Origin: the human T2T-CHM13v2.0 reference genome, Homo sapiens
Length of the DNA stretch: 64,000 bases
Assembly: GCF_009914755.1 (NCBI RefSeq)
Contig: NC_060929.1
Direction: 5' to 3' (one strand)
Shown piece by piece: positions 13,344 to 25,299 of the stretch. Both the position numbers and the translations under genes were made by a program. Every line of letters begins with the position of its first letter. The first letter of the stretch is position 1. Under the pieces are notes generated by a model. The model was not told the origin of the DNA and searched no databases. It saw only the letters and a list, made by a program, of their open reading frames with translations.

Positions 13344-13544
13344 TATATATGATATTTGAAAAGATACAACATATTGATAAGAGCAGATGTTAAGTGTTCT
13401 CACCATCAAAAAAAAATGAGTTAAGTATATGAGGTAACAAATATATAAAGTATTTGATTCAGCCATTCCATCATATCAAAATATGGTGTACATCATAAAT
13501 ATATATAATTTTTATTTTTGTCAATGAAACAGATTTTAAGAAAA
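13344..13544 (+). mobile_element. Second L1MA-type 3' end
   Basis: GAGCAGATGTTAAGTGTTCTCACC..TGAGGTAAC..CAGCCATTCCA..TAAATATATATAATTTTTATTTTTGTCAAT. Confidence 0.75.
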
Positions 13545-14604
13545 GGTTATATCTAAAAAATAATGGCCTAACCCAACGTTGTGAAGCTTTTCTCCTATAT
13601 TTTCTTAGTAGTTTTACAGTTTCAGGTTTTTAGTCCATTTTGAGTTGATTTTTGAATATGGTGTAAGGTAAGGGTTTACTTTCATTCCTCTGCATGTGGA
13701 TATCCCGCTTCCCAACACTATTTACTGAAAAGACTGTCCTTTGCCCATTGTGTGTTTTTGGCACTTTTGTCAAAAATCTGTTTACTATTAATGCATGGGT
13801 TTATTTATGGGTTTTCTATCCTATTCTATTGGTCTATGTCTGTTTATATTCTAGTAACATGCTGTTTTGATTAAAATCACTTTATAATATGTTTTGAAAT
13901 CAGGATGTATGACACCCTCAGCTTTGTTCTTTTTGCTCAAGATTGTTTTGACTATTTGGGGTCTTTTGTGATTACACGCAAATTTAACCATTGCTTTTTT
14001 CTGTGTCTGTAAAAAAATCACATTAGAATTTTGATAGAGATTGCATTGAATCTGTAGATCACTTTAATAATATAGACATTTTCATAATATTAATTTTTCC
14101 AATCCATGAACACAGGCTATCTTTCCATTTATTTATGTTTTCTTCATGTTGCTTCATTTTAAAGAAATAGATAACTGCCTATGGCCTCAAGGAGCTCGAT
14201 TCCTTGTTGAGACTGGTCAGACATACATGGAACTTACTTATTGTTAGAGAATATGGAAGTTTGGGCATAAGTGGTTTTTCAGTTGAGACTATATAAGACA
14301 TTTGTCTATACAAATCTTCTGAAATTGCAATTCCAGTGTTAATAGGAGAGATAATTAGTTAAGATCAACAAAAGCTTTTTTTTTTTTCTTGATTGGAGAA
14401 AGGCCAGGAAAAGAGCCCTCCTTGAGCATAACTGAGTCTCAATGAATTTGGGCTAAAGTGAGATAGGAATTGAGTGGAAGAAAGTGAGAGCAACAAAACT
14501 TGAAGTTTCTCCTTTCTGACTACTGCTGTTCCTTGATAAAGAGATGGTTATGGTCATCCAAGTTAATTATAATTTCCTGCTCATAGTGTTTGCTGAGAAT
14601 ATTT

Positions 14605-14875
14605 ATTTATTATAAGTACTACTATGGAGTTTTCTATATGCCAGGTACCTCTCTGATTACCTTATAACTACGAACTTATTTAATCTTCAAAACAACCCTA
14701 TGAGTCATGAATCATTATTAACATCTCCATTTTATAGGTGAGCGTACTGCAGCACTGAACAATTAACTAACTTGCTTAAGTTCTCCTAGCTAGAAAGTAG
14801 TTGGGCTGGGATTGCAACTCCAGACAGTTCGGCTCCAATGTCTGTGCTCTTATCCACCAGCTGAACCATGCTGCA
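14605..14875 (-). mobile_element. Near full-length MIR
   Basis: TATATGCCAGGTAC..TTTAATCTTCAAAACAACCCTATGAG..CCATTTTATAGGTGAG..TGTGCTCTTATCCAC. Confidence 0.88.
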
Positions 14876-16786
14876 TCTCCAGCAAGCTGCTCTAGTCTTT
14901 TTGTCAGGCAAAAGTGAAATTGAGTAGAAGGAGAAGATGGGTGGCAGAGGAGAGTTGATAGAAACGTGTCACCTATTCAAGGTCACCAGATTGCATATCT
15001 GGCATCCTTGTGAGTCCAAAGTTGATGCTATGGCTGATTACAGCAAACTCTTATTAATTCATCAAGCAACAAACCAGAATTCAATAACATTAATTAATTG
15101 ACTTGAGGTTAAATTCTTCCCAGTGTTTTGTTAAAGAATGCATAACATCTAATCAGTTAAAGACTACCAGTGACTTTGAATTACATATCATTTTGAATAA
15201 ATCAGCACTGGTTTAACAAACCTTACTTATAATTAGTTATTAATAGTTATATCTTTGTTGGTATAAAAAACCATTATTGATACCAGTTTATTTTAAAAGG
15301 ACTGTAATTGGAAGCAATTGCCAAGACTTCTTATTGTTCTTTTAGGATCCTGGAAGAACAAATGATTAAGCAGCCAAGTGTTTCAGCTATCATCTTTGCT
15401 TCTCAGTGGATTAACCCTTCCTCCTTATAGCTACAAGGAAATGAGAAGGAAAAGAAATGTGAATAGCCCTAGGAGAAATCGCCATGTTTTTTGAAAATCC
15501 TTGGTCTCTGAATATTTCCCACTGCTAATATAAAAAATGGGTGGAATAGGCCCAATAACCTTCCATGCATTTGTAGGTCTGTGTGTGTCGGGATCTGTGT
15601 TTAAAAGAATCCTGCCAACTACCAATGATATAACACTTACACACAGAAATGCCATTTCAAAAATAAGACATCATAATCTTAAGACAATTTAATTTTCTTG
15701 GATATCTAACTTTTGCTTTCTGAGCAAGGATCACTAAGTTAGAGTTAAGACTATGAACTTCAGAAAAACTGAAATCCCCTATGTCATTATCAGGTTTGCT
15801 ATGTGGTAAGGACCTCTTTTTGCCTCCTTTCCTCCTCTCTCACCTAGCCACACAAGCATATGTGCACACACACACTGATACACATTCACATACAGATGTT
15901 GCATTTATAAACCACAACACTCTGCGGGAAGAACTGGCATCAGCTGACTTTTTTGTCTGATTTTTCTTCTCACCACCAGAGAGGACAAACCCATCAGCAA
16001 TTAAATTGACTGATTTGGATTTTTTAAAAATATTCACCTGCTCAGAACTAAAATCACTGCTTGGGTGATGATGTCAGTGCTGCCTTTGACCACTTTAGAG
16101 GCTTTCCTCTTTGCTCACTTCTTTCCAGAATTCCCTCGCTGCATTCCCTACAGTCCCTCATGAATCCCTTCCTGTTGGAGTGAGGCTTTCAGCCTCCTCC
16201 TCTGTGAAATCAAAGTTCACATTTCCTATTAACCCATTGCCACTCTGATACATTTTGGTGCAAAACTTCTTTATAATTTCTATTAAGTGTAAATTGCTGT
16301 ATAGCTCATGGGGGACACAAGCTAATTTGCAAAATTCAGCAATCCTCAGTGGCCATTCCTATCAATAGGGTCAATGAGCTATTGTGCTTGATGAGAGAGT
16401 GAATGAGGGGATGAGTGAGTGAAAGAGCAAGAGGCACTGTCCTTTCTCTTAATATATTTAGTATTCTCCTTATTGGTGCTGAAATGAGCATAGTTTTAAG
16501 ACTTCTAAGAGGTCCATGCAGAGAGAGCTCAAAAATGACGTGAAATACAAAGCCTTGTGGCTACTTGCAGACACACAGTGATGGTGTGTTGGAAAACAAA
16601 ATTTGACGGCTATACTCGTATTATGCATGTGACAAATGTTGGCACAAATAATTTATTTCTCTAAAGGAATTTACCTTAATACTTGTAAATGGAAGAAGGG
16701 ATGACAGTACTATTTTCTATGTTGAGATTTTTTTTTAAACAACTAGTATTTTTTAAGATGTCTGTAGCAATCATCTTTGACACTTT

Positions 16787-17107
16787 ATTTTTTATTTTAT
16801 TTTACTTTAAGTTCTGGGATACATGTGCAGAACGTGCAGGTTTGTTACACAGGTATACATGTGCCATGGTGGTTTGCTGCACCTATCAACCCATCATCTA
16901 GGTTTTAAGCCCTGCATGCATTAGGTATTTGTGCTAATGCTCTCCCTCCCATTGCCCGCAACCCCCAACAGGCCCTGGTGTATGATGTTCCCCTCCCTGT
17001 GTCCATGTGTTCTCATTGTTCAGCTCCCACTTATGAGTGAGAATATGTGGTGTTTGGTTTTCTGTTCCTGTGTTAGTTTTCTGAAAATGATGGCTTCCAG
17101 CTTCATC
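16787..17107 (-). mobile_element. 5'-truncated L1PA (L1PA7/8-like) 3'UTR
   Basis: TTACTTTAAGTTCTGGGATACATGTGCAGAACGTGCAGG..TCTAGGTTTTAAGCCCTGCATGCATTAGG; TSD CAT(C/T)TTTGACACTTT at 16772-16786 and 17108-17122. Confidence 0.95.
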
Positions 17108-18039
17108 CATTTTTGACACTTTTTAATGACTCATTTGTTGATCCCATTCAAAGCTTTAAAATACTACTGTTTAAATCTCTGATGATAAATGTTTTATTGT
17201 CATTCTTTGGTTAAATATGCACTATTAAAGAAAGTAGGAGAAGCTCAACGGAGTCCAGTCTCCCATTGACATTCAAGGGCTTTATATGTCTAAGATCCAT
17301 CAAGGTTAATGAAAGTTGCCTCTGCAATTCCTTAGGCACTTGTGGGAGAATAGATCATTTAATTTCTACTCAGATGGCACCCCCACATGGAGTATCTGAT
17401 CTGTTGGAGAAGTAAAAGACACAAGTTGGATGAACTGGAAGCTGACACACACAGCAGGTCATGTAAAATTGAAATTAACTTTTCTATTTGTCGTTTTCCT
17501 AATTAACAATATGTGACCAAACTACCAGAATGAAATATTATTTAAATCTTTTTCACCCCATTGGAACATTTACTCTGCCCTCATAAAGCATAGTGAATTG
17601 AGGCATGGGCAAAATTTAAGGACAATCACTAACAGAACAAAATAAAATTTAGTTTTGGAAATCACAGGATTTTCAAGTTTCAAATGGAAAGGCCAAATCA
17701 TCTGCTCCCGGCTTTATATTATTGAAAGTCATATTTCAACAGTCTACTATTCATCCCCGGTCACTTGAGCTTAGTTATCATGAATGAAAATTGTGCTCTC
17801 TGCAAGATGTTGCCCCTCATAGGGAGCAAATACTGGGTTGGAATGACCATTAATGTGATTTTGTATGAAAACAAAAAAAAATTATTGTAAGTCATCTTAC
17901 TTGGCTTTTTAGCAGAAAATATGACTCACAAATGATACCTACAAAGTAAATACAAAAGTACATTGCAACCTTTGTAGTTTCTTAAGCCTACCAGTCAAGT
18001 CAGAGGAGCTGGTTTCCAGGTTTATCCCAGACCGTCACT

Positions 18040-18540
18040 ACCCCTGGGAGGCCTCATCTGATTTGATCTGCCACCACACCTCTGCCTTACCAGCTACCCT
18101 CTATGCTCCTCTGCCTCCTCTTCAGTCTCTCTGGTTCCTTTCTATTCTTCCAACACAGCCAACACCTGCTATCAGGACCTCTGTACTTCTGGTTTCTTCT
18201 GCCCAGAAAACTTCTCCTCCTTTATCGGCAGGGTTCCCTCCAACAATTGACTTCGCATTTTTGTTCAAATGTTGTTTCATCAAAGGTATGTTTCCTGATA
18301 ATCATTTATAAAATAGCACCTTATCACCTTCCACCCCCTTTCCACTGCTTTATTTTTATTCCTATCACTTATTAACAGATGACATATACTTATCTTTTGT
18401 TAATGTCTCCTTCTCCCCACATCACTACTAAAATATAAGATGCATGAGGGCCAGTTTTATCTGCTTCTGTTTCCTCGGCTTCAGAAAGAGTGCCTGACCC
18501 ATAGCGGGTCCCCAGTAAATATGTTGAGTGAATGAATGAA
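18040..18540 (+). mobile_element. L2a 3' end
   Basis: C/T-rich L2 3' region ending AGAGTGCCTGACCCATAG..CAGTAAATATGTTGAGTGAATGAATGAA. Confidence 0.88.
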
Positions 18541-18569
18541 GAGCTTCTCTTTTGGCCCATTTCTAACAG

Positions 18570-18800
18570 CAGCACAGTTAATAACAGAAACTTGAGTTTG
18601 TAGCTTGAGACTGGAGTTTAAATTAAGACTTCATAATTTATGAGTTATAAAACATGGAGCAAGACAAATGACATCTCTTTGAGTTTAATTCTCCGTATCT
18701 GTAACATGATTAGAATAACACCTATCTTACTGAGGTATCTAAAAATATAAGTCAGTGTCCATTATGGAGTCACTATTGAAACGCTTCATGACATAGTAAA
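18570..18800 (+). mobile_element. MIR fragment
   Basis: GAGCAAGACAAATGACATCTCTTTGAGTTTAATTCTCCGTATCTGTAACATG..AATAACACCTATCTTAC. Confidence 0.65.
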
Positions 18801-20132
18801 TGTAAATTCTCTTCTAAATGTGTGGAATTTAAGAATCATCATATTTAAAAATTTTTATTTTTCTAAAGCAGATAAAACTGCTTCAAGTCCCTTCTTAATT
18901 GAATGGAGAGAAAATGTTTCTAAAAATGACGTTAGAAATAATTTGAGAATCTACTCCTTAGGTCATATAAGAATTCTAGGGTCCTACACATTCCAGGTTG
19001 TTCTGTGGGGCATCGTCTCATCTTCAGTCCATATTGGCTACCCTAATAGACTCATTGTCTGAGACAGCAGGGTCTCAGGTGGCTCCACTGTTCTAAATTG
19101 AAGACTCAAGTCATAACGTCCACCCTCTCTAGGTATTACCATAAATGCTTCCATCTGAGGTCTAGCCATCTCTCTATGATGTTGCATGGTACCAAAGCCC
19201 TGGTCCTTTCATCTGCAGAACTGGCAGGACCCTAGTTCCTTCCTTCTGCTATCTCCTAAAAACTAAATCTTTCTAAACCTCTCTTACTTCTCCAATTGGC
19301 CCTCCTAATCCTTGGGGGTGGGGGGTGGGCCTTCTCCCTATTGATAAATATAGCCCCATCATTTCTAAGAGTCTGAGTTTTTCCAAACCAAAGTACTGGA
19401 TCTTTGGATCCCTGGAAATATGACAACGTCTAAAGCACAGAAAGACAAGGACTAGACAGTTTTTGCAGGATTATGTGAAGGGAAATAAGTATATCAGTAA
19501 GAATAGAGCACAAATTATTCTATTAATTACTCTGCCAAAATTGAATTCAATCAGGATTCTTGAAAGTGGGAAAAATACACTGGAATGCTCTTTCATCTCA
19601 ATCATATTAAACATCCTATAAAGAAAGTTGTACGTCAACTTAGAATTTTTGTATGTTTAAGTATCAGGTGCTTTCTATAACCAAAGGGGTCAATTCAAAG
19701 AATAGCAGTCAGAACACCAACCATAAAACTGACTTTATGGACCTGAGCCTCATCAGAGTAATTTTGGAACTCTTCCTCGAGTCCCTTCCTTCTTAGGTAG
19801 CTGATATAAAGCTTGCTGCTTCTAGTCAGTTTTTCTTTCTTTCAGTGATGCTGTTACTTTAGTCACCTTACATTTTCAAGTTCTGGGCACAAAGCTACCC
19901 CTCGAATATTAACTTTCTGTGGCATCACAGAGTGACAGCCAATAACTGGGTTATTGGTGTTGCCACTTTTTTTTCCTAATACCAGAATTGTAAGTGGAGA
20001 AAAGCTTCCTTTGGTGGTCCCCAAGTCTAGTACTTGTAACTTCTACTAGCAGCTGAAATCTTCCTCACACTTCATATCTTATTCCTAGAAACTCAGTCAG
20101 GAAACCTTGACAAACTCCTGCTACCTCTAGAG

Positions 20133-20457
20133 CAGCGATCCCCAACGTTTTGGCACCAGGGACTGGTTTCGTGGTGTGTGTGTGCGGGGGGGAGGTGGGG
20201 GACTGGGGGGTGGTTTCAGGATGAAACTATTCCACCTCAGATCACCAGGCATCAGTTAAATTCTCATAAGGAGCCCACAAGCTAGATCCCTCGCATGTGC
20301 AGTTCACAATAGGGTTCAGGCTCCTGTGAGAATCTAATGCCACTGCTTATCTGACAGGAGGCAGAGCTCAGGTAACAATGCTTACCCGACAGCCACTCAC
20401 CTCCTGCTATGCAGCCCAGTTCCTAACAGGCCGCAGACTGGTGCGTTGGGACCCCTA
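20133..20457. mobile_element. MER1B hAT-Charlie MITE, complete with TIRs and 8-bp TSD
   Basis: Termini CAGCGATCCCCAAC and GTTGGGACCCCTA; internal TTTTGGCACCAGGGACTGGTTTC and GATCCCTCGCATGTGCAGTTCACAATAGG; TSD CTCTAGAG at 20125-20132 and 20458-20465. Confidence 0.93.
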
Positions 20458-20473
20458 CTCTAGAGGAAACAGA

Positions 20474-20483
<10 letters not shown>

Positions 20484-20514
<31 letters not shown>
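20484..20514. repeat. (TG)15 microsatellite
   Basis: Read directly from sequence. Confidence 0.97.
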
Positions 20515-20515
<1 letters not shown>

Positions 20516-20679
20516 CCTTATTCTTTAGGGACTTGGGCTTCTTCAAGGCAATTCTTTATCTACATCCAGCTCATACCCAAATTCAGGTCATCTGACCCAG
20601 AAGATCGCTGCTACATTTCTTTGTGTTTGCTTAGTAGTCTACTATTTATTAAAAAATCAGTTTGAATAGATTATCTTCT

Positions 20680-20861
20680 TTAAATCTCTCAAGAATCTCA
20701 TGTTATAGACAGTTTTGTTGTTTTTATTTTACAAAAGAGGAAAATAGGATTTAGTGAGATTAAGTGTTTTTCTCCAAGTTAAGAGCTAGTAAGTGCTAAC
20801 TGGATCTCAAACTCAGGTCATCTGACTACAAATCCTTGCCTCTGGCCCTACACAACAACTG
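20680..20861 (-). mobile_element. MIR fragment
   Basis: ATTTTACAAAAGAGGAAAATAGG..GCTAGTAAGTG..CTCAAACTCAGGTCATCTGACTACAAA. Confidence 0.8.
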
Positions 20862-21055
20862 TAGGATCCTGATTTATGTTTCACTTTCAAGCAGAGTATA
20901 TAATTCATAATAGCTACTCAATAAATAATTATTAGCTTATTTATTGCATTTGCATAGGCCAGACCCTATGTTTTGGAACTAGTTTAGAAGGTAGGAACTT
21001 GGAGATCACATATGAATTTTACCAGGTAAACTCATACCTAATCAAATATAATCAG

Positions 21056-21077
21056 AGGTCAGAAGGTCAGAAGGTCT
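21056..21077 (+). promoter_or_regulatory. Candidate nuclear-receptor DR2 element (AGGTCA-GA-AGGTCA-GA-AGGTCT)
   Basis: Two perfect AGGTCA half-sites with a 2-nt spacer plus a third near-perfect half-site; not in an Alu; function untested. Confidence 0.35.
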
Positions 21078-23214
21078 GAATTATTCTGTGTAAGCATCCT
21101 GCTATTACCGATGCTGTGATTGTCTAAGGGGCAGAGGGGAAAACATACTATAAGCCGAAATGAAGGAGATAAAAGTATTAACAAACTGAAACTCCAATTT
21201 TGCCCTCCCTTTCAGTAAGTTAGAGCAGCCTTCCCTACTTAGTCACACCCATCTCCTCTCACTTTTTTGCCACTTACCAGAAAGTAAGGATTTCTGTGGT
21301 TTTCCCTGGCAGAATTAAAATAATGGGCAAAGAACAACCCACTCATAGAGGCAGAAGGAAAGGGAGAAGGGTAGAAAGAATGAGAGCCAGAAAGGGGTGG
21401 GAGGTTGAAATCTTACAAAAATAATTCGGAGGAAGCAACTCAGAAGACGGTTCATGGAAAGAATGAGATGTGTCAATAATGCATCTAGCCGGAGAATATA
21501 ATATGGAAAAATTGTTCTCTGGGATAAGACAGCAAAAGATTCCAGAGGCTTAGCGATACCAAGAATTAGAAACAATCATGGAGCTTTTAAGAAGAATGAG
21601 TATGAACTAGGTATTTCCATCCCCATCAGATGTTTATTCTGGAGATTTAAATAGATACAGAAATTCCTAATTGAACTGTATTTCTTTGAAAGCAAAGTAA
21701 GTTTATAACAACATGGGTGCCCAGATTTAAGAATGTTACATTAAGTCTGGTTAATATATATCAAGTGACTGAAAAAATATGAGTTATCCTGCATTTTTGT
21801 TGGTCACAGTATCTGTCATTATAGTACCTTCACAGGGATCACAAGTATTTTCCCTTTCTAAATTGTATTTTTAGTTGTAGCTGTTTTCACTATAAGGGTA
21901 AATAAAATTTTGCATGTTGAAGTCAACAATCTCAAGCCAAGATGTAATGCCTGAATTAATGCCATTATTCTCAGGTTAAAAAATAATGATTTCTTAGTTT
22001 TGAAATTGCAAAGACTAATGTCATATTTTAAATCTTATATAAAAACAATTTCTTTTCTTATAATTAAACAAAAGGGCAGCATTTATTTTTTCATCCAATT
22101 GCCACATGAGCTTTGTCTTTCCACTTCTCCCACTTGTCTTCTCACTCCACATATTGAGTATGAATGTGGGGACACTGATTCAATTATTTCAGTGTCAAAT
22201 TGTTTGCTTCAGCTGTCATAATGGCTAACTATATGGCAATTTATTGGATTAAAAAGACACGACATCAAAATGAATACAATGTGCCTGATCTGTCATTCAC
22301 CTATTTACTATACATGACAAAAAATTGATCTGTTAGGCCATCAAAATAGCTCTAGCCCACCTTCAAATTCTACTAATCTTATACAGAATAACCTATTTTA
22401 CTTAAAAAACACACTGAGCTGAAGTTCACTCTTGCTGCCGTTTCTGCTCCCCTATTCCAAGAGTCTTCCAATTAAAAAAAAAACAACAGAATTTGCCGTA
22501 TTTTCTATAGCTAAGAGAAAATTATTTTAATTTATATAAAATTTTAAAAGGGATAATTTATCTCTGTCTTCACTAATCAAAGCTCAAATTTGTAAAATGG
22601 AGGTACCTTTTCTGTTAGCGATAAGTACGTTAGTGGGAGAATTGGATGGCAGTGGTTGGAACTCGGAACATTTTATTTGAATTATATGTCACTGTATACA
22701 GACTCTTCCATGTATTTTAATTCTTATAACTTTTCCAAATGTCAACATTTAGAAATAAAATTGTCCATACTTTAGGGAGGTTTGCAAGTTTATTTCTTAA
22801 AAGCCCAAAAAATACCTTTTCATCCAGTTTTGTTATACAATATGAACAAGATATCCTGTTTCACTTTCAAAGAAATGTATTTCTGATTCCACATAACTCA
22901 GAAGTAATTAAGTAATTCTAAGTATTTTTTAAAATAACAATACACAATTGCCACTAGACTTAGAGTTATAAAATCATTATTGTTAGTGTGAAGTTTCTTA
23001 ACAATTTAGTTTGGACATGAATACTTGAGTGGGGGATATATTGTCCATGACATCTATAGTCCTCTGGTTTAGTTCCAACAGGAAAGGGAAAAAAATAGAA
23101 TTAAAGTTCAAGAAAAATCGTTAACAGTATAGGAAAAAACAGATAAATTATACATGAGAAGAAAGAAACAATATTTTACAAGCTACACAAATCACAGTTC
23201 TGTTAGACATTGTG

Positions 23215-23770
23215 TTGCTCTGAAGCTCTCAATTGCCTGTAGAATCACAACCAAACTCCTTAGTAACATCAAGTGTCAACATAGTTGTTCACACTTGATT
23301 TTCATCACTCCTCCTCAAGCAACTTATATTCCCCCTCTGTCTCGCTTATATTGGACTCCATGTCACACCAACATTCCTGCATTTTTCCCACCTGGATGCT
23401 TTTTCTCTTGGCATTTTCCTTTCCAGAATGTAGCAATTCTATCAGACTATTCTGTCCTTCTCCACTGCAGGCCAACTGAATGCATCTTTCAAGGCAGTGT
23501 TTAAGTGCTCTCTCCTCTATGATGTCATCCTTGATACAGCCAGACAAAATCTCATTGATATATTCTGACAGAATTTTGTGACTTTCTGTTCTTATTCATC
23601 ATATTCTAGCTTTTATTATGGTTATGCACCTTACTTTTTTTATAGATTCTAGAATCCTTAAGCGTAGAGAAGGTGCTTTATTCATTCCTATTTCTCCCCG
23701 TAATCCCAGCACAATACCATACTGATAGTAGGAGATGAAGAAATATCTGTTTCATTCAACTGAACTGAAT
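23215..23770 (+). mobile_element. L2 (L2c-like) 3' end
   Basis: CAATTGCCTGTAGAATCACAACCAAACTCCTTAG..TAGATTCTAGAATCCTT..CCCAGCACAATACC..TTCAACTGAACTGAAT. Confidence 0.75.
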
Positions 23771-25299
23771 TTACACTAACTCCTTAGGGAATCCAGTAAC
23801 CAATATTAAAAAGTTTCAGTGTATTTAATAGACTTTTCTCTCCTCCCCACCCCTTTAAGTGTATTTGGGAAATATAAAACCATTAAAGAAAAATTAGAGG
23901 TTTTAAAATTAGTCATGAGCATATTTCTCAAAATGTTGTGATCAAATATTGAAGTAGATAGAAAGATAAACTGGAGTCTGCTTGTGTGTTCCTAAGAATA
24001 CACATTGGATGTGATTATGAAAAATTACTAGGTAGATGGCTTTGAGGCTAATGATTTCACAAGTTATTTAAATTGTCTGTCATTTAGAAGTGACAGACCT
24101 TAGTGTTCCTTCCACCTTGACTGAACTTAAGGCTTTTATCTGAAGGAGCTCTTCAATCTGAAGAGATAAAGTTGTATAACTTTCTTAATAACCACCTGGT
24201 ACCTGGTAGTGAACTGTGTTCTTCCACTGGGACAAATGCCTTCTAATATTTTATATATTCCTGGTCAGTGACTTAAAAAAAAAAAAACCTACCCAATTGC
24301 AGTCTGCCATTCAAAAGGAATATTTCTGCAAAGAAAAAGATGTGAAAATGTAGGCATTCAAGTGAAAATTCAATCCTTCACAGTACAGAGCCTCTGCGAA
24401 GTCTTTTAAATGACCCTTTTTATCATGGTGCCATGTCTGTACCTTTCTGAATAGTGAGACCTGGTAAGAAAAATAGATGTATGTATACAAGTGGTTGAGT
24501 AATGTATTACTCATATGCACTTTGTTCTTTTTGGCAAACTGACCTTATCAAAGAAAAGAAAGCTATACATTGTGACAAGCTGAGCTTTACCAGAAAGTCT
24601 GAATTAGGAGTGCAAGTCCTCTGTCATCTGGATTAAAATGTGATCGGAAAAAAAAAAGAATCATCATTTAACCTCTTCAGAAGGGGAGATGCTGGAAAAT
24701 TGACTTCCTTTTAAATCAAAACCTAAGCTTTCTTATTACATTTGGACTTAGCCATCAGAGATGATTTGCATTAAAACAATTATATTATTTCCTCTAAATA
24801 TTTGTCCACTTTTTGATGTTCAAATAAACAGTGTTAGATTGTTTGATTATCTATACTTTACAGAGGACTATTATAAGAAGTTTCTCCAGGACAAATGCTG
24901 TGCCTTATTTTTTACCTCTGTAGATGACACTTAAATAAAAAATTAAATTTTTGAATTAATATTGTACGGTAATTAGAAGGCCTTAATAATTTTTTTAGAA
25001 GCTTGTCCATTCCTGGAACTAGTTTAAAAAATACTATTTCCTCATGCTCATTTAACTCATTTTAGTGAAAATATTAAATTATTTTAAAAATTAGTGAAAG
25101 AATAATGAACCCAATTCATTCCTTTAAAAATAAACAGAGACATGGAATTCAAACTTGCTCATCTAGATATCTTTTTCCTTTGTAATAAGCAACCTCTTTT
25201 CAAATGAGTACATAAAGATGGACAAAATAATCTGGAATGGATAAAGCCAAGAGGAAAAAAAAAGACATTTTACATAGCACAAAGGCACATAAAACTATT

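Larger units (their letters stand above)
11555..14150 (-). mobile_element. L1MA-type LINE-1 3' portion in three segments (about 11555-11716, 12038-13066, 13545-14150)
   Basis: Antisense L1 3'UTR and ORF2 text (TATAGTCACCCTGCTGTGCAAT, AATAATGCTGCAATGAACATG, TTGCATTGAATCTGTAGATCACTTT); T-rich tail at 11555-11600. Confidence 0.92.

Noticed and set aside
16060-16130. GTGATGA box-C-like motif suggesting a C/D snoRNA
   Set aside because: No suitably placed CTGA box D or terminal stem
18990-19430. Possible ancient LTR (CCAAT, TATA-like motif, ends near TGACA)
   Set aside because: No family, partner LTR or TSD could be identified
23154-23547. Cluster of overlapping 64-116 aa ORFs
   Set aside because: Lie within an L2 3' relic with biased composition
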